A stretch of DNA of 21,294 bases. It comes from Polyangiaceae bacterium (lineage in GTDB: Bacteria; Myxococcota_A; Polyangia; Polyangiales; Polyangiaceae). How positions within the stretch are numbered: position 1 is the first letter of the stretch; each line of letters begins with the position of its first letter. The stretch covers positions 1 through 21,294 of the forward strand of contig JBILLK010000052.1 of NCBI GenBank assembly GCA_044376115.1. Reading direction: 5' to 3'. This document shows, piece by piece, positions 18,165 to 21,294 of the stretch. A program made the position numbers and the translations under genes. A model generated the notes under the pieces. That model saw only the letters and a list, made by a program, of their open reading frames with translations, ran no database searches and was not told where the DNA came from.

Positions 18165-18217
18165 GGGGCGATCCCCGGCGCAGGGGCGATCCCCGGCGCA
18201 GGGGCGATCCCCGGCGC
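18165..18217. repeat. 18-bp tandem repeat GGGGCGATCCCCGGCGCA x3
   Basis: Copies at 18165, 18183 and 18201. Confidence 0.9.
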
Positions 18218-18255
18218 GCGCGCTCCCAGCTCGACCGCCTGCTAGCCTGCAGCTC

Positions 18256-19305
18256 TTGCTCCCCCCTCGACGTCCTTTCGCGCCGGCGCTGCTTCTGCTT
18301 GTGGCGCAATACGGCTGCGACGCGCCGAACAGCGATGACGCCGCGAGCTCGGCGGGCGCTGGTCGCAGGGGTGCACCAAACGCCGGCAACAACGGCGCGG
18401 TGAGCGTCGTCGTTGGGTTCCCCTCGGAGCCGGAGCCAGAGTCGAGCTCAGCACCGCCGAGCTCCGCGCCGCCGGTGCCGACTGCAACGGCAACCGCGAC
18501 CGCCAGCGCAACCCCGAGCGCCTCGGCGGCCCAGCCAGCGCTCTCCGGCTTTGCGGCGCTCGAGGCGAAGTTCCCGCCGGAGGAGGCGTGGCCGCACGGG
18601 CCGGGGGTGTTCTGCGGCGATAAGACGTGCGCGGCGAAGGAGGCTTGCTGCAATGAACCGCCAACGCCGCATTGTGTGCCAGCGGACGCGCCAGGCGAGT
18701 GCATTAATTTACTGCATTGTGACGAGTCGAGCGATTGCGGCACCTCGCTCTATTGCTGTTTAGGCCGGATAGATAATTACGACTTCAAGAGCGAATGCGC
18801 GACCAAAGCGCGTTGCGATCAGTTTTGGGATCGGCCCGGCGGCTTCGGTCTACCGGCGGAGGAGATTTGCGCGCGCGGCGGTAGCTGCAAGAGCGCGGCG
18901 CGCACCTGCATCGCGGATGCAAACAGCCTGGTCTCGGGCGGGCAGTGCGTCTCTTCCAGCGCGCGGGCGAGCTGCGGGCGCGCTGGTGAATGCCCCGCCG
19001 AACGGCCCTGGTGCCTATGGGATTCAGGGCGCACCCAAAGCGAATGCATCGCGCGCGGGCCGTGGCGCGGGGAGGAAGGCGTGTTCGAGTGCGATAGCCG
19101 CAGCGACTGCCCCGGCGGTACCTGCTGCTCCTATTCGGGCCACACACGCTGCTGCGCCTCAGCGAACGTCGACGAGGGCCTCGCGTATGCGCAGGAGGTC
19201 TGCAAACAGAACAGCGACTGCAAGCCCGGCCAAGTCTGCCACCTCTACACGAAGGACGTGCGCAACCAGCTGGCGCCCGGGCTCGGCACGTGCGGAGTGC
19301 GGTGA
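18256..19305 (+). CDS. Cys-rich putative lipoprotein with Ser/Pro/Ala/Thr linker
   Basis: Signal-like RRPFAPALLLLVAQYG-C, then a low-complexity linker and two related Cys-rich modules (CDESSDCG...CC and CDSRSDCP...CC). The ORF is open from 18073, but that extension runs through the inverted and tandem repeats; the TTG 18256 start is a guess. Confidence 0.7.
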   Translation: MLPPRRPFAPALLLLVAQYGCDAPNSDDAASSAGAGRRGAPNAGNNGAVSVVVGFPSEPEPESSSAPPSSAPPVPTATATATASATPSASAAQPALSGFAALEAKFPPEEAWPHGPGVFCGDKTCAAKEACCNEPPTPHCVPADAPGECINLLHCDESSDCGTSLYCCLGRIDNYDFKSECATKARCDQFWDRPGGFGLPAEEICARGGSCKSAARTCIADANSLVSGGQCVSSSARASCGRAGECPAERPWCLWDSGRTQSECIARGPWRGEEGVFECDSRSDCPGGTCCSYSGHTRCCASANVDEGLAYAQEVCKQNSDCKPGQVCHLYTKDVRNQLAPGLGTCGVR

Positions 19306-19334
19306 GCGCGCGAGCCGGAAGGGCCCGCGCGCTC
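19304..19334. terminator. GC-rich hairpin between convergent genes (possible terminator or RNA-stabilising stem)
   Basis: Perfect 9-bp arms GAGCGCGCG/CGCGCGCTC plus an inner GCC/GGC pair. There is no U-tract. Confidence 0.45.
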
Positions 19335-19349
19335 CATCGTTAGCTCCCG

Positions 19350-20856
19350 TCAGGGCTCTCGCACCCAGATGAACCACTTGCCGGCTGCGAGGCCGCTCAC
19401 ACCGCACTTGAAGGCTCCATCGTCTTCGCCCCAATCGGTGCCGTCCGCCTGGTTACTGTCCATCCCGCGATCGTCGAAGTCCACCGTGAAGTCGTCGGTT
19501 GCAGCGCACGAGTCCTCCCCCTCCAAGTAGCCGCTCGCGTTCCACTGATCGTTCAAAGGGAGAACCACGGCCGTGAGGTTGTTGCGACGCGCGGGCGTGG
19601 GTTGGTCGTCGCCAAAGCCGTCGTTCTCGCTGAAGCAGCTCTGCGCTTCGGTGCCGGTCGTGATCTCGCGGTACCAGCCGATGTTGTAGAACGAGAGATC
19701 CACGTTGAGCGTCAAGGACGCCGGGTTCTGCGCGCAGCTAAACCGGATGTCCGAGTTCGCAGCGATGAGCGGCCTCATTCCATCCCACACCCCAGCGTTG
19801 GCCACGGTAGGGTTCGCCGCCGCGAGATCGGCGTAGTAGGCGCTCGCCTGGTCGTTCAGCGTACCGTTGCGGCTGGCGCCGACGAGCGTCCAACCACCAC
19901 CGTCAGTGGTCATGTCACATTGCACGAGCTGCGGTGCATTGGCGCCCGCAGGCCCGTCTGGATCAATGGTGTAAGCCCCCGACGCGACGGAGGGGTTGGC
20001 AGCGAGGATCTGCTTGCACGAACGCGTGATGGTGCAGCTCGAGAGGCAGCCATCGGTCTCCAAGAGGTTGGCGTCGTCACATTCCTCGACGCCGGCCTGC
20101 GTGAAGCCGTCCCCGCACGTCGCCGCGACGCAGCTGATGCAAGCGTCGGTCGTTACGTCGTTGGCGTCGTCGCATTGCTCGACGCCGGTCTGCGTGAAGC
20201 CGTCACCACAGCTGGCCGCAACGCAGTTGATACAAGCGTCGGTCATCACGTCGTTGGCGTCGTCACAGACCTCGCCGGCCTGAATGAAGCCGTCCCCACA
20301 CGTAGGCAGCGCGCAAGCGTTGGTGCACTCGTCGGTGTTCACCTGATTGCCGTCGTCACAGCCCTCGCCAGCTTGGGTGATGCCGTCACCGCAGGCCGGG
20401 AGCGTGCATGCGTTGGTGCATTTGTCGTTATCGGTGGCGTTGCCGTCGTCGCAGCCCTCGCCGTCTTGCGTGATGCCATCTCCGCAAGCCGGGAGCGTGC
20501 AGTCGTTCGTGCAGGCGTCGTCCTTGATGTCGTTGCCGTCATCGCACTCTTCATCCGCTTCCACTTCACCGTTGCCGCAGACCGCGCCTCCGCCGGAGCC
20601 ACCACCACCGCTTGTCGAACCTCCCGAGGCGTTGCCCCCTCCCCCGGCCCCACCGGTGTTGGCTCCGCCAGTTCCGCCGGTGTTGGCTCCGCCGGTGTTG
20701 GCTCCGCCAGTATCACCCCCAGCCGAGCCGCCCGCGCCCCCCCGAACCATCGTCGGAGCAGCCTTGCAGCGCTAACAAGAGCACACCGAGAGCGGCGAGC
20801 CGCGGCGCGGAAGCGCCCTGCTTGATCGAGGCTGAAGTGGTTGAGGTCCGTTTCAT
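19350..20856 (-). CDS. Lipoprotein with Gly-rich linker, six myxobacterial Cys-rich repeats (DUF4215-like) and a fibrinogen-like C-terminal domain; frameshifted at a G7 run
   Basis: The body ORF 19350-20750 has six CG(D/N)G...CDD(G/A)N repeats and SCKQIL...SGAYTIDPDG...CDMTTDGGGWTLV. The signal peptide MKRT...LLLALQG-C starts at ATG 20856 after GAAAGGAG, one base out of frame. Confidence 0.85.
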
Positions 20857-20946
20857 AAGTAGCTCCTTTCAAAGGCCGCGGTTACGTCCAAGACGACCTC
20901 CCAGCGTCGCCCGAAGCGCGCAGAGCTGACAACTCGAAATCATGCA

Positions 20947-21032
20947 GGCGCGCAACACGGCGTCCCCTATGCGACTATCGGCAGCTAACCGTCTATGGGG
21001 ATAGCCTGGGCCCAGGGGATAGCCTGGGCCCA
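20947..21032. repeat. Degenerate copy of the cluster central motif followed by an 18-bp tandem repeat (GGGGATAGCCTGGGCCCA x2)
   Basis: 20947-20996 aligns by eye with ~14262-14312 and ~5536-5574. The tandem repeat is at 20997-21032. Confidence 0.6.
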
Positions 21033-21034
21033 CG

Positions 21035-21294
21035 CTACTCGTGAAGCGACCGCAGGTTGCCGCGCAAACACAGCGCTGCCCACGTGCCGTCGGGCAAGGG
21101 GAAGCACACGGCGACGGTCCCGCGCCGGGTCTTGCGCTCGACGCCTTCGCGAGCGAAGGAGCCTGAAGCGAGCAGGGCTTTGCACGCCTCGAGGAAGCGG
21201 GCGAGGCCGGGTGCGACCTTCTTGTCGGGGCCGATCCAAATCGTGATCTGGAGTTCCACGCGACCGTAGAGGTCTTTCTTTTGCCATGCGGTGG
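21035..21294 (-). CDS. Hypothetical protein, 3' part (frame open to the window edge)
   Basis: The frame ...TAWQKKDLYGRVELQITIWIGPDKKVAPGLARFLEACK... has no stop up to the window end and a protein-like composition. Confidence 0.5.
   Translation of the reverse strand, partial: TAWQKKDLYGRVELQITIWIGPDKKVAPGLARFLEACKALLASGSFAREGVERKTRRGTVAVCFPLPDGTWAALCLRGNLRSLHE

Noticed and set aside
19602..20825. 407-aa + strand ORF
   Set aside because: It is the antisense shadow of the Cys-rich repeat gene.

Overview
This is a GC-rich accessory/defence island, probably from a myxobacterium (inferred from the myxobacterial-type Cys-rich repeat and lipoprotein genes). From left to right it holds: the trailer end of a CRISPR array (36-bp repeat ending ATTGAAGC, type I-G/I-U-like, no cas genes in the window); a tyrosine recombinase; an AAA_21 ATPase + RloB pair; and a translationally coupled SNF2 helicase + Mre11/SbcD-like nuclease + Rad50/SbcC-like ATPase operon. 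The operon is bracketed by two direct copies of an [array of 47-bp palindromes - abiEii - abiEi - operator] block, and the left copy has lost abiEii. The right end has predicted lipoprotein genes, a DUF2256/DUF3253 gene and a frameshifted Cys-rich/fibrinogen-like lipoprotein gene. The best candidates for new biology are the SNF2-Mre11-Rad50 cassette with its duplicated flanks, the 47-bp palindrome arrays whose cores flip inside fixed arms, and a terminal CRISPR repeat with compensatory stem changes next to the recombinase. All family calls come from reading motifs; no database searches were run.
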